The translations under genes and the position numbers were made by a program. From assembly GCF_009914755.1 (NCBI RefSeq), contig NC_060931.1: a stretch of DNA of 64,000 nt. One strand, given 5' to 3'. This document shows positions 51,936 to 64,000 of the stretch, piece by piece. The DNA is from the human T2T-CHM13v2.0 reference genome, Homo sapiens. The notes under the pieces were generated by a model that did no database searches, was not told the DNA's origin, and saw only the letters and a list, made by a program, of their open reading frames with translations. The stretch's first letter is position 1, and every line of letters starts with the position of its first letter.

Positions 51936-53989
51936 AAGAAATGTATTTGCTAGGAAATCTCTTCTATTGGTATATTAAAATTAATTCCTAGACTTGATAA
52001 TGCTTTTTCAGATATTCCATTTAATTCAACATTGTGCCAAAACAAAAGAAACTGACACTATGCTCAGATAAAAGACAATCTGTAACAAATACCAGTACAT
52101 TTTTCTTTTTCTTAATTTCACATGTCAAACAAAATCAATCAAAATGCCATTTAGTATACTGGAGTAAGAAAGGGACCAACTATCTCAAGACTTTCTTAAT
52201 GGAAGAAAATCAAAGTATAATCATTTATAAATTAAAGAGGGAAACACATTTATAACAATATTGGGCACAACTACTTAGAATATAAATTACTTGAGATTCC
52301 ATGTATGACATCTGTCTTGGAGATAATCTATACTTGAAGATATGTCAAAAAAGATTATGTTTCATTGGAATCATTTGCAGTTTTAGAAATTATATCTGCC
52401 ATGATTAAAGACTATTAGGTAATTCCTCCTATACAAAAAGCTTTTAGCAAATGTGTAAGCTACAGTTCTAATTTTGCTGTTATTCTCAAGCATTATCAGA
52501 AATTTGATGAAATTTGTTCATGGCCATGAGATAAATGAAAATGTACATATCTTCTATTTTGCATCACTAGTGGTACATTCTTAAGAAGAATAGCACCTTA
52601 TGGAGGAAACTTATGACTGAGGCATCATTATTTTTATTCTCTGTGTACTATAGTGCATACATTAGCAGGCATATTCTCTGGTGAATGGCAGCATAATGTA
52701 GAGAAACAGGACTCTGGAGAACCATATGGAAGCTCTGTGTTCCCATAGCAACTTGAGCATATATTGAAAGGATCTGTTTCCCTGACTATTCTCCTGTATA
52801 GTGTAATGGACTTAGTACAGGGGCTGTATCTTGTTTTTCTATTCTCATTTCCTACACAGTTTTTAAAGTGAACCATTCTGATTTTAAATGATTTTAGAGT
52901 CAGATGAGTGGACTCCAAAATAATATATAAATCTAATCCCAACTATGCTACTTACTATCAATATGACAGTAGAAAATTTACATTTCCTAATTCGTAGAAA
53001 TGAGATTATCTGTTTAGAAGATTTGACCTAAAGTGAATACTAAATAAATATTTGGCTTTCTCTAACTTAGTTAAGGTTGTGGACTTTTTTCAATATCACT
53101 TCAAGCATTGTTTTTACTTCTATTATTAAACAAATTGCTTCTGTTATCATTGTTAGAATCAAGCCTTAATTTGTAAGAGATGTCTTTGTTCAGGACAACT
53201 GATGGGCTAGATAGCAGAGAAGTATTTTTAATAGTTGATGACTCAGCCTTGGGCATAAAGGAAAACTAGGTTATAATTCTTTGCATAGTTTCTTTCAGGA
53301 AACGTAACTGAGTTAAGGCAATGCTTTTATTTTTCTAACTTTATAGACGCTTTAGTTCCTTTTTTGATTTTCCATTTATTGCTATTTGTAAAAAATATAA
53401 GTGAAAAAGAAAAAATATGAGTAATAAAAGTGTAGAAGTTATATATAAGGCTTATGTGACTTAAATAGACTAAAATTTGAAGGACAAAATTTGTAAGGTT
53501 AATTCACTTTAAAATTTTTCAATATTTTCTTAAATATTGCAATGCTATTTTAAGTTAAAACACTTTATTTTTTGTTTATAATTTACTTCTAAGAAAAAAT
53601 TGAAATAGAAAAGATTAGTTGTCTCTTTAATCAATAAATTCTTTAACCACTGCTTAGTCTTCTGTTCTTAGCATTATTCTGTGTATATTTACTCACTTTT
53701 GTCAGGCTGTCTCTCCTTTTATTACTGGACACCACTGCTTCTATGGTGCCATATTCTTCTGGAGTAAGAATATTATACTCAAATATAAAGTGTAAGAGGC
53801 TATGCAAATAAGGCATTCTACTACATAGGGAGGAATGGTTGTGATACTGAAGTGTGAAGGACTCACCTAGAGTCATTAAATATGTATTTACTTTTCAACA
53901 TTCTGATGTCTAAAGAAGATAATCTCTGGGTTAAATTGTTTTATCAGCTGACATTTTGCTAGTTGTGCTTTATCTAGAGCACAGATTAT

Positions 53990-54400
53990 TAACCTGGGGT
54001 CCAGAGATAGAATTCATCTTTATTTGGGGAAAAAATCTTTTTTTTTAATAATGTAGCATTAAATTGTGAATGAGGGTAATCAACCACAATAGTAATAGCA
54101 GTAATTATGATTTTTCTCACCATTGCAAATCAGAGATGTTTTCATATCTAATTATAGTTGATACAAATATCACAAAATATTGTTTACATTCACTACTTTA
54201 AAATGTGGTGCTTATTAGGCCTACCACTGGGTCTGGTTACTTAATGCCTTTATAAAAAGATGGATATATACTTTGTCACAAATGACTTTGAAAATATTTC
54301 ATAATTATGTTTCAATCTATCTGGTTTTTTTTTTAATATTATGTGTTTTATTTTATACATTAAAAAACCTCATTCTGAGAAAGAATTTATAATTTCACCT
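53990..54400. mobile_element. Probable hAT-Charlie DNA transposon fragment
   Basis: Terminal-like ttaacctggggtcca and degenerate internal motifs, recognised by recall only. Confidence 0.45.
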
Positions 54401-54588
54401 AATTTTTCTTTTAATCAGTTATTAGAAAAAAAGCATAGAGAAATCCTGAATCTCCCTAACATTTCAATCCATGGATTCAAGCCTCATAATCTCACTTCAG
54501 AATCTAATTATGTGGGGTCATTTTTATACATGAGGGAGAGAGAAATCCAAGAGGTATATTTTTTCTAACAATTATAAAACATAACTGG

Positions 54589-57500
54589 GGAGACAGAGGG
54601 TGGAGCAAGATGGTAGAACAAAAAGATTTATCCAGTAATGCTGTGATTCTTGCATTGATTGATGATCTTGGACGAGATGTGGTAGAAGCATATTAACATT
54701 ACAAATTTTGTCCTTCAAATTTTACCCTACTTATTTAAGATCTGGTAGAATTATCTGAATTACTGCACTTGAGATGCTCCATAAAGCAGATACAGCTTAG
54801 GTCACAACACCCATGTCCTCTGAAATATCTGAAAATCCTTCCCAAGAAGGACATCTACAAATAAGCCCAGCCAGTGAAGACCACAAGAAATATCTAACCT
54901 TTCAATGCCCAGATACCAAAGAACATCTATTAGCATCAACACCATCCAAGAAAACATAACCTCACCAAATGTACTAAATAAGCCACTAAGGACCATTCTA
55001 GAGAAGCAGAGATGTGCGACCTTTCTCACAGAGAATTCAAAATGGCCATGTTTAGAAAATGCAGAGAAATTCAAGATAAAACAGAGAATGAATTCAGAAG
55101 TCTCACTGATAAACTTCACAAAGAGACTGAAATACTTAAAAAGAATCAAGCAGAAATTCTGGAGTTGAAAAATGCAATTTGCATACTAAAGAATGCATCA
55201 GAGTTCTGTAATAGCAGAATGAATCAAGCAGAAGAAAGAATTAGAGAGCTCGAAGGCAGACAATTTGAAAATAAACTGTCAGAGGAGGCAAAAGAAAAAA
55301 GAGTAAAAAACAATGAAGCATGCCTACTGGATCCAGATAATTGCCTGGAAAGGGCAAATCTAAGAGTTATTGGCCATAAAGAGGAGATAGACAAAGAAAT
55401 AGTGGTAGAAAGTTTATTCAAAGGGATAACAACAGAAAACTTCCAAAACCTAGAGAAAGATATCAAAATCCAAGTACAAGACAGTTATAGAACACCAAGA
55501 AGATTTAACCCAAAGAAGACTACCTCAAAATATTCAATAATCACACTCCCCAAGGTCAAGGATAAAGAAAGGATCTGAAAAGCAGCAAGAGAAAAGAAAC
55601 AAATAACATACAATGGAGCTCAAATACATCTGGCAGCACGCTTTTCAATGGAAACCTTACAGGCCAAGAGAGTGACATATCTAAAATGCTGAAGGAAAAA
55701 GCTTTTACTGTAGAACAGTATTGGCAGTGAAAATATCCTTCAGACATGAACGGGAAATAAAAACTTTTCCCAGATAAACAAAAGCTGAGGAAATTCATCA
55801 ATGCCAGCCCTGTCCTACAAGAAATGCTAAAGGGAGTACTTCAATCAGAACCAAAAAATCTTTCCCAGACAAACAAAAGCTGAGAGATTTTTATCAATAC
55901 CAGATCTATCTTATGAGAAATGCTAAAGAGAGTACTTCAATAAGAAATATTAATAAAAGGGCATTAATGAACAATAAGAAATCACCTGGAGGTCCAAAAC
56001 TCATAGGTAATAGTAAGTACACAGAAAAACACAGAATAATATAGCACCATAACTGTGGTTGTATACTACCCTTAACCTAAGTAGAAAGACTAAACAATAA
56101 ACCAATCAAAAATAATAACTACAACTTTTCTAGACATGTAAATACAATAAGATATAAATAAAATCAATAAAAAGTTAAAAACCAGGCGGATAAATTTGAG
56201 GCATAGAGTTTTTATTAGTTTTTATTTTGTGTGTGTGTTTGTTTATGCAAATAGTGTTAAATTATTATTAGATTAGAATAATGGGTTATAAGATGGTACT
56301 TGCAAGCCTCATGGGAACCTCAAACAAGAAAACATACAATGGATACAGAAAAAAATAAAAATAAAAACACTAGCTCATGTTATCAGAGACAACCACCTTC
56401 ACTAGAGGAAGACAGAAAAGAAAGAAGAAAGAGAAAACCACAAAACAACCAGAAAACAATTAACAAAATGGCAGGAGTAAGTCCTTCCTTATCAATAATA
56501 TAATAACATTGTACATAAATGGATTAAACTCTCCAATCAGAAGACACAGACTGGCTGAATGGATGAAAAAAGACTCACTGATCTCTTGCCTACAAGAAAC
56601 ACACTTCACCCATAAAGACACAGACAGACCGAAAACAAAGGGATGGAAAAAGATATTTCATGACCATGGAAACCAAAACAGAGCAGAATTCACTGTACTT
56701 ATATCAGACAAAACAGGTTTCAAGACAAAAATAGTAAGAAGAGACAAAGAAGGTCATTATGTAATGATAAAGGGGTCAATTCTGCAAGAGGATATAACAG
56801 TTTTAAATATATATGTATCTAAACCTGAAGCACCCAGATTTCTAAAAAATATTATTGGAGCTAAAGAGAGAGATAGGTCCCAACACCCCACTTTCAGCAT
56901 TGGGCAGATCTTCCAGACAGAAAATCAACAAAGACACATCAGACTTAATATGCTCCATACACTAAATGCATCTAACAGATACTTACAGAATACTTCATCC
57001 AAGACCTGCAAAACACACATTCTTTTCCTTGCACATGGATCATTCTCAGGATGGACCATATGTTAGGTTACAAAATAAGTCTTAAAAAACTCAAAAAATT
57101 GAAATAATATCAAGCATCTTCTCTGAACACAATGGAATAAAACTAGAAAATAATAACAAGAGAAAATTTGTGAACTATACAAATAAATGGAAACTAAACA
57201 ATTTGCTCCTGAGTGACCAGTGGGTCAATAAAAACATTAAGAAGTAAATTGAAACTTATTTTTGAATGAATAATAATGGAAAAACAACATATAAAAACCT
57301 ATGGGATACAGCAAAAGTAGTACTCAGGAGGGAAGTTAAGAGCTATAAGTGCCTACATCAAATAAGAAAAAAAAGACTTCAAATAAACAATCTAATGATA
57401 CATCTTAAAGAACTGGAAAAGCAAGAGCAAACCAAACCCAAAATTAGTACAAGAGAAGAGATTATAAAATCAGAGCAGAAATCAATAAAATTGAAATGAA

Positions 57501-60500
57501 AAAACAATACAAAAGATCAACGAAACAAAAAGTTGGTTTTGTGAAAAGTTAAACAAAATTGACAAACCTTTAGCAGGATTAACTAAAAATAACAGAGAGA
57601 TGATCCAAATAAAATCAGAAATAAAAATGGAGACATTAGAATTAATATAGAAGAAATTCAAAGGATTATTAGTGGCTACTGTGAGCAACCATATGCCAGT
57701 AAATTGGAAAATCTAGAAGAAATGGGCAAACTCTTAGATATACACAACCTACCAAGATTGAACCAGGAAGAAATCCAAAACGTGAACAGGCCAATAACAA
57801 ATAATGAAATTGAAGCCATAATAAAGTCTCCCAATTAAGAAAAACATGGGACCTGAGAGCTTCACTGCTGAATTCTACCAAACATTTAAAGAAGAACTAA
57901 TAGCAATTCTACTCTAACTATTCCAAAAAATAGAGGAGGAGGAAATACTCCCAAACTCACTCTATGAAGCCAGTATTACACTGATATCAAAACCAAAGAC
58001 ACATCAAAGAAAGAAAACTACAAGCCAGTATCTCTGATGAATATTGATGCAAAAATCCTCAACAAAATACTAGAAAACTAAATTCAGCAATATATTTGAA
58101 GGATCACTCATTAAGACCAAGTAGAATTTATCCCTGGGATGCAAAAGTAATTCAACATAAAGAAATCGATCAGTGTGGTACATCAAATTAACAAAATGAA
58201 GGACAATTGCAATGATCATTGCAATTGATACTGAAAAAGCGTTTGATAAAATTTAACATCTCTTCATGATAAAAACCCTAAAAAAACTGGGGATAGAAGG
58301 AACATACCTCAATGTAATGAAAGCCATATACTACAGACACATAGCTAGTATCATACTTAATGAGAAAAAACTGAAAGCCTTTCCTGTAAGATCTGGAACA
58401 TGACAAGGATGTCGCGTCATTGCTCTTAATTCAACATAGTACTGGAAGTCCTAGCTAGAGCAACCAGAAAAGAGAAAGATATAAAGGACATACAAACTGG
58501 AAATGAGGAAGTCAAATATCCTTGTTTGCAAATGATATAATGTTTTGTTTGGAAAAAGCTAGACTCCACAAGAAAGCTATTAGAACTGATAAATAAATTC
58601 AGTAAAGTCACAGGATACAAAATCAACATTCAAAAACAAGTAGAATTTCTGTATGCTAACAGCGAACAATGTGAAAAAGAAATTAAAAAGTAATAACATT
58701 TATAATGGCCACACATAAAATTAAATATCTAGGAATTAACAAAATAAGTGAAAAATCTCTATAATAAAAACTATAAAACACTGATAAAAAAATTGAAGAG
58801 GACATCAAAAAATGGAAAGACATTCCATGTTTAAGAATTGGGAGAATAAATATTGTTAAAATGTCCATACTACCCAAAGCAATCCACAGATTCAATGCAG
58901 TCCCCATCAAAATACCATTAATGTTCTTCACATAAATAGAAAAAAAAATCCTAAAGTATGTATGAACTACAAGAGACCCAAAATAACCAAAGCCATCTTA
59001 AGAAAATAAATAAATAAATGAAATGGGAGTAATCACATTCCCTGACTTCAAATTGTACTACAGAGCTATGGTAACAAAAACATCATGATACTGGCATAAA
59101 AGCAGACACATAGACCAGTGGAACAGACTAGAGAACCCAGAATTATATCCACAAACCTACAGTGAACTAATTTTGACATACAGTGGGGAAATGACAGTCT
59201 TTTCCACAAATGGTGCTGGAAAAACTGGATATCCATTTACAGAAGAATGCAACTAGACCCCTATTTCTCACCATATACAAAAATACAATCAAAATGAATT
59301 AAAGTCTTAAATCTAAGTCCTCAAACTATGAAACTACTATAAGGAAACGTTGCAGAAAATCTCCAGGACATGGGTCTGGGTAAAGACTTCGTGAGTAATA
59401 TGCAACAAGCACAGGCAACCAAAGCAAAAATGAGCAAATGGGATCACATCAAGTTAAAGTTTCTGCACTTTAATGTAGTAAAAGTAAAGTAAAGGAAGTA
59501 AAAGTAAAGGAAGCAACCAATAACGTGAAGAGCCAATAACAGAACAGGAGAAAATATTTGCAATCTACCCCTCTGACAAGTGATTAATAGCTAGAATATA
59601 TAAGCAGCTCAAACAACTCTATAGGAAAAAAATCTAATAATTCAATTTAAAAATAGACAAAAATATGAATTGACATTTCTCAAAAGAAGACATCCAATGA
59701 CAAACAGGTATATGAAAAGGTGCCCAACATCATTAATCATCAGAGAAATTCAAATCAAAACTATTATGAAACCTCTCACCTCAGTTTAAATGGCTTTTAT
59801 CTAAAATGCAGACAATAACAAATGCGGCTGAGAATTTTCAGAAAAGGGAGCCATTGTACTCTGTTGCCAAGGATGTAAATTATTACAATCACTATAGAGA
59901 ACAGTTTAGTAGTTCCTCAAAAAAACTAAAAATAGAGCTACCATACGATCCTGCAGTTCCACTCCTAGGTATATATCCATAAGAAAGAAAATTGGTATAT
60001 TGAAAAGATATTTGCACTTCCATGTTTATTGCAACACTATTCACAATAGCCAAGATTTGGAAGCAACCTAAGTGTCCATCAGCAGATGAATGAATAAAGA
60101 AAATTTGGTACATATACACAATGGAGTACTATTCAGCCATAAAAAAGAATGAGATCCAGTTACTTGCAGCCACATGAATGAAAGTGGAGATCACAATGGT
60201 AAATGAAATAAGCCAGGCACATAAAACAAACATCACATGTTTTCACTTATTTGTGGGATGTAAAAATCAAATCAATTGGACTCATAAACATAGAGAATAG
60301 GAGGATAATTACCAGAGGCTGGGAAAGATAGTGGGAGGTTTGGGTGGAGGTGGAGATAGTTAATAGGTATAAGAAATAGAAAGAATGAATAAAATCTATT
60401 ATTTGATAGCATAACAGGATGACTACAGTCAATAATAATTGTATATTTGAAAATAACTTAAAGAATGTAATCAGATTATTTGTAACTCAAAAAAATAATG

Positions 60501-60645
60501 CTTGAGGAGATGGACACCCCATTCTCCATGATGTGCTTATTTCACATTGTGTGCATATATCAAAACATCTCATGTACCCAATAAATATATACACCTACTA
60601 TGTACCCACAAGAATTTTAAAAAATACTTTAAAAATTAAAAAAAT
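54589..60645 (+). mobile_element. Near-full-length old LINE-1 (L1MA1-3/L1PB-like) with rearranged 5'UTR and disrupted ORF1 and ORF2
   Basis: 5' ggagcaagatgg; ORF1 peptide 55012..55578; ORF2 start MAGVSP at 56468 with endonuclease motif CLQETH; 3' end acacctactatgtacccac plus A-rich tail. Many stops and frameshifts. Confidence 0.95.
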
Positions 60646-61242
60646 ATAAAAAACACTGGTTAGATTTGAGTTTTTGGTCAATAAATGAATCTTTTATTTA
60701 AAAAAAAACTACTGAAAAGTAACACTAGGTTAATACCTCATACCACACATATATGTAATTATTAAAATGCATTGGAAATCTAAATATAAAAAATAAAATC
60801 ATATAAGTACTATAAGAATAAATTCCAGTATAAACTGATAATAGAGAAACATTTTCTAACTATGACCCAAAATTCAGATGTGATAAAGAAAAAATAGTGA
60901 ATCTGGCTTGACTTATGTTTGTGTTGGTTAAGTAAAGTTAAAAGACAATTGAAAAATTAGGAGAAAATATTTTCAATGTAGATTAAAGAAAAAGGGGTTA
61001 TATTGCTAATATATAAATTTTAGAATTTGATATAAAATGCCAAAATTTTAGAAGTAAAATTGGCAAGATATATGACATGATAAAATTGTTCTCTCATCTC
61101 TCTGTTTTTCTTCCTTTCTTCCAAATCCTTTAAACCTTTTAAAAATTTTCAGCTCAGGAAACTTCAGGGCCTGTGTTATCAGATGTCATTTGACAAACAG
61201 GAAAAAACAAGTTGGCCACATTTTGATCTTGGTTAACATAAA

Positions 61243-61252
61243 ACACACACAT

Positions 61253-61290
<38 letters not shown>

Positions 61291-61297
61291 CACACAC
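61243..61297. repeat. (CA)n microsatellite
   Basis: Direct reading of the sequence. Confidence 0.95.
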
Positions 61298-62874
61298 CCC
61301 AATACATATTATTATTTTTTTTCTGAATAATTTGAGAGGAAGCTGTATTGTAATGTTCCATTACCCCTAAATATTTATATACTTTTAAGATTAGGGATAC
61401 TTTTTTACATAATTTCCAAAAATGTATCATAATCAGAACATTGATACAACATCATTATCTAATGTATTGATCTTATTTATGTTTTAGTAATTGTCCCAAA
61501 AATGTCCTCTTAGCAAAATTAAAAATATATTCCAGAATCACACATTACATATTAATATTTTAAGAGTAAACATTAGAATAAAGCTATGACATATGACTTT
61601 TAAATCAATAAAAAGAAAATAAACGAATAATAATAAAAATCAATTCAAAAGTAAGAAAGGAGAGAAAGAATAGAACAAGTGGGATGAACAGAAAGCACAA
61701 AATAAGGTAACAGAAATCTATTCCAAATATCACTAATCACACTCTAGATAAAAGTTATATAAAATATAAGTTAAAACATAGAGATTAAGTAACTGGACTT
61801 TAAACTATATAGCTTTTTACAAGATATATGCTCTAAACTTAAAGGCACTGTTGGGCAAAGGATGGAAAAGGAAGTACCAGTCTAATGCTAACCAAAAGTA
61901 AGCTAGTATAATTCTATCAGTATTAGACAAAATAGACTTTAAAACAAAAAACACTGATAGTGACAAAAGGAATAGTACTTAATAGTTAAGTTTTCAGTTC
62001 TTAAAAATGTAAAAATTATGAACATATATGTCAAAAATAACTTCAAAATACATAAAACAGAAATTTATAGAACTAAAAAGAGAAATTTATAAATTTGCCA
62101 TCAGAGTGAGAAGCTTGAGTTTCTACTTCTAGTATTTGGGAGACTGAACATGCACCAACAAATAAAATTTTGAAAATCAATAAGGATATAAACTTGAGCA
62201 CAAAATGAACAAGTTTTACCAAATTAGGTTTGTATAAAACCCTACAGATGAAAGTTAGCAAATATATGTTATTTTTATACCCACATGAAACTTTAAGGAA
62301 AATTGACGGTAAAGTAGGCCATATAGTAAGTCTCAACATGTTTCAAAGGATTGGCCTTTCAGATTACAATCTGTGATTCCAGGACAATTGTTAGAAGCCA
62401 ACAATAAGAAGATAGCTAAAATTATCTCCATATTTGATAATTTAGAAATGTCCTGCTAGTAATTCATAGATCAAAACAATAAATTCTAGTAAAAATGAGA
62501 ACATATTTAGATCTTAATATTATGTAAATAGGTGACAAACTCTGTTTAAGAAATGCTTTAAATGAGTACCACAAATTTTTATACGTACTGCTTATACAGC
62601 TGAGGAAATAATAAACTTGTAGATAGGCTAATAGAATTGATCTAAACAGAAACAAAAATAATAAATAATTTAAAAATAAAAACATAGCAGAACATCCAAG
62701 AACTCTAAGAAATGTCAACAAGTCTAACAAAAATGGAAGTGCAGTTTCAAAAAGAGAAGAGATGACACTTTGGAAGTGGGCCAAATAATATGTGAAAAGA
62801 TAATAGCTGATGATTTTTAAAACAAATTGGAGAAAAGAAAACCAAGACCAAAGAAGTCTAGAGAACCCTAGGCA

Positions 62875-62957
62875 AAAGAAAGAAAAAAAGAAAGAAAAAG
62901 AAAGGAAAGAGAGAGAGAGAGAAAGAAAGAAGAAAGAAAGAAAGAGAGAGAAAGGAA
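62875..62957. repeat. GA/GAAA-rich simple repeat
   Basis: Direct reading of the sequence. Confidence 0.9.
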
Positions 62958-63481
62958 GATTTTTAGAAATATTCTAGAATGCTGAAAAGTTAAAGACAAT
63001 ATCTTGAAGGCAGACCGAGGTAAAAAGTATATATTATACACAGCTAACTTCTTAGAAATTTTGCAAGCCCAGAGTGTTATCTATAAAGTACTCTCAACTT
63101 AGAATTCTATACTCAGAGGAAATACCTTTCAAAAGTGAAAGTAAGATAAATACTCCTACAAACAAACTCTGAGAAAATTCATTGCCAGTAGAACTGAACT
63201 ATATGAAATATTAAATAACATGTTTAGGCAGAATCTACACAAAAAAATGAAGAGCACTGGAAATGGCAAAAAGGGTTAATATAAAAACATTTTCTTATTT
63301 TAATAACTTTTTACTATAAAGTAAAAGAGTAACAATGTATTATTGCAAGATTGGACATTGAAACTGTCCAACTAGAGACATATACCATGTTTGTGGACAA
63401 AAGATTTGATTCTATCAAGTTGGTAAATTTTCCAAAATTGTTTTAAAAAGTTAGAAGAGTGCAATCAAAATAACAAGAGTG

Positions 63482-64000
63482 TTTTTTTTTCTTTTATTAT
63501 TATACTTTAAGTTTTAGGGTACATGTGCACATTGTGCAGGTTAGTTACATACGTATACATGTGCCACGCTGGTGCGCTGCACCCACTAACTCGTCATCTA
63601 GCATTAGGTATATCTCCCAATGCTATCCCTCCCCCCTCCCCCCACCCCAAAACAGTCCCCAGAGTGTGATGTTCCCCTTCCTGTGTCCATGTGATCTCAT
63701 TGTTCAATTCCCACCTATCAGTGAGAATATGCGGTGTTTGGTTTTTTGTTCTTGCGATAGTTTACTGAGAATGATGATTTCCAATTTCATCCATGTCCCT
63801 ACAAAGGACATGAACTCTTCATTTTTTATGGCTGCATAGCATTCCATGGTGTATATGTGCTACATTTTCTTAATCCAGTCTATCATTGTTGGACATTTGG
63901 GTTGGTTCCAAGTCTTTGCTATTGTGAATAGTGCCGGAATAAACATATGTGTGCATGTGTCTTTATAGCAGCATGACTTATAGTCCTTTGGGTATATACC
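63482..64000 (-). mobile_element. Young L1PA (L1PA2/3-like) 3' end, continuing off the window's right edge
   Basis: Near-consensus ttattatactttaagttttagggtacatgtgcac...ctcgtcatctagcattagg. Has GAG rather than ACA at the L1HS-Ta diagnostic site. Confidence 0.95.

Larger units (their letters stand above)
60720..63480 (+). mobile_element. Cluster of highly decayed L1M fragments
   Basis: Scattered A-rich ORF1/ORF2-like motifs such as tattagacaaaatagactttaaaac and tcaacttagaattctatactcag. Boundaries uncertain. Confidence 0.55.

Noticed and set aside
55012-57499. L1 ORF1/ORF2 peptides as functional CDS
   Set aside because: Multiple stops and frameshifts; this is a dead old L1.
63482-64000. Possibly active L1HS-Ta element
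   Set aside because: The diagnostic site reads GAG rather than ACA, private mutations are present, and only the 3' end is visible.

Overview
AT-rich, CpG-poor primate (human-like) intergenic or intronic DNA made up mostly of transposable elements. I found no supportable host protein-coding gene, RNA gene or CRISPR array; the ORF track is mostly L1, HERV-H, MaLR and low-complexity products. The main feature is a minus-strand HERV-H provirus (39706-44583) with TGATC target-site duplication and two LTR7Y-type LTRs about 2% diverged. Its primer-binding site matches tRNA-Phe instead of the family-defining tRNA-His, it lacks the integrase region, and it keeps an ESRG-like leader ORF with an ATG unique to the 5' LTR. 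It lies head-to-head with an MSTA element carrying an ~800 bp CT expansion in one LTR. The window also has several templated or snap-back insertion scars, a palindromic AT-rich minisatellite grown from an Alu tail, a twin-primed L1, a near-full-length old L1 and a few candidate non-coding exons. Subfamily names come from recalled consensus sequences, not from a database search.
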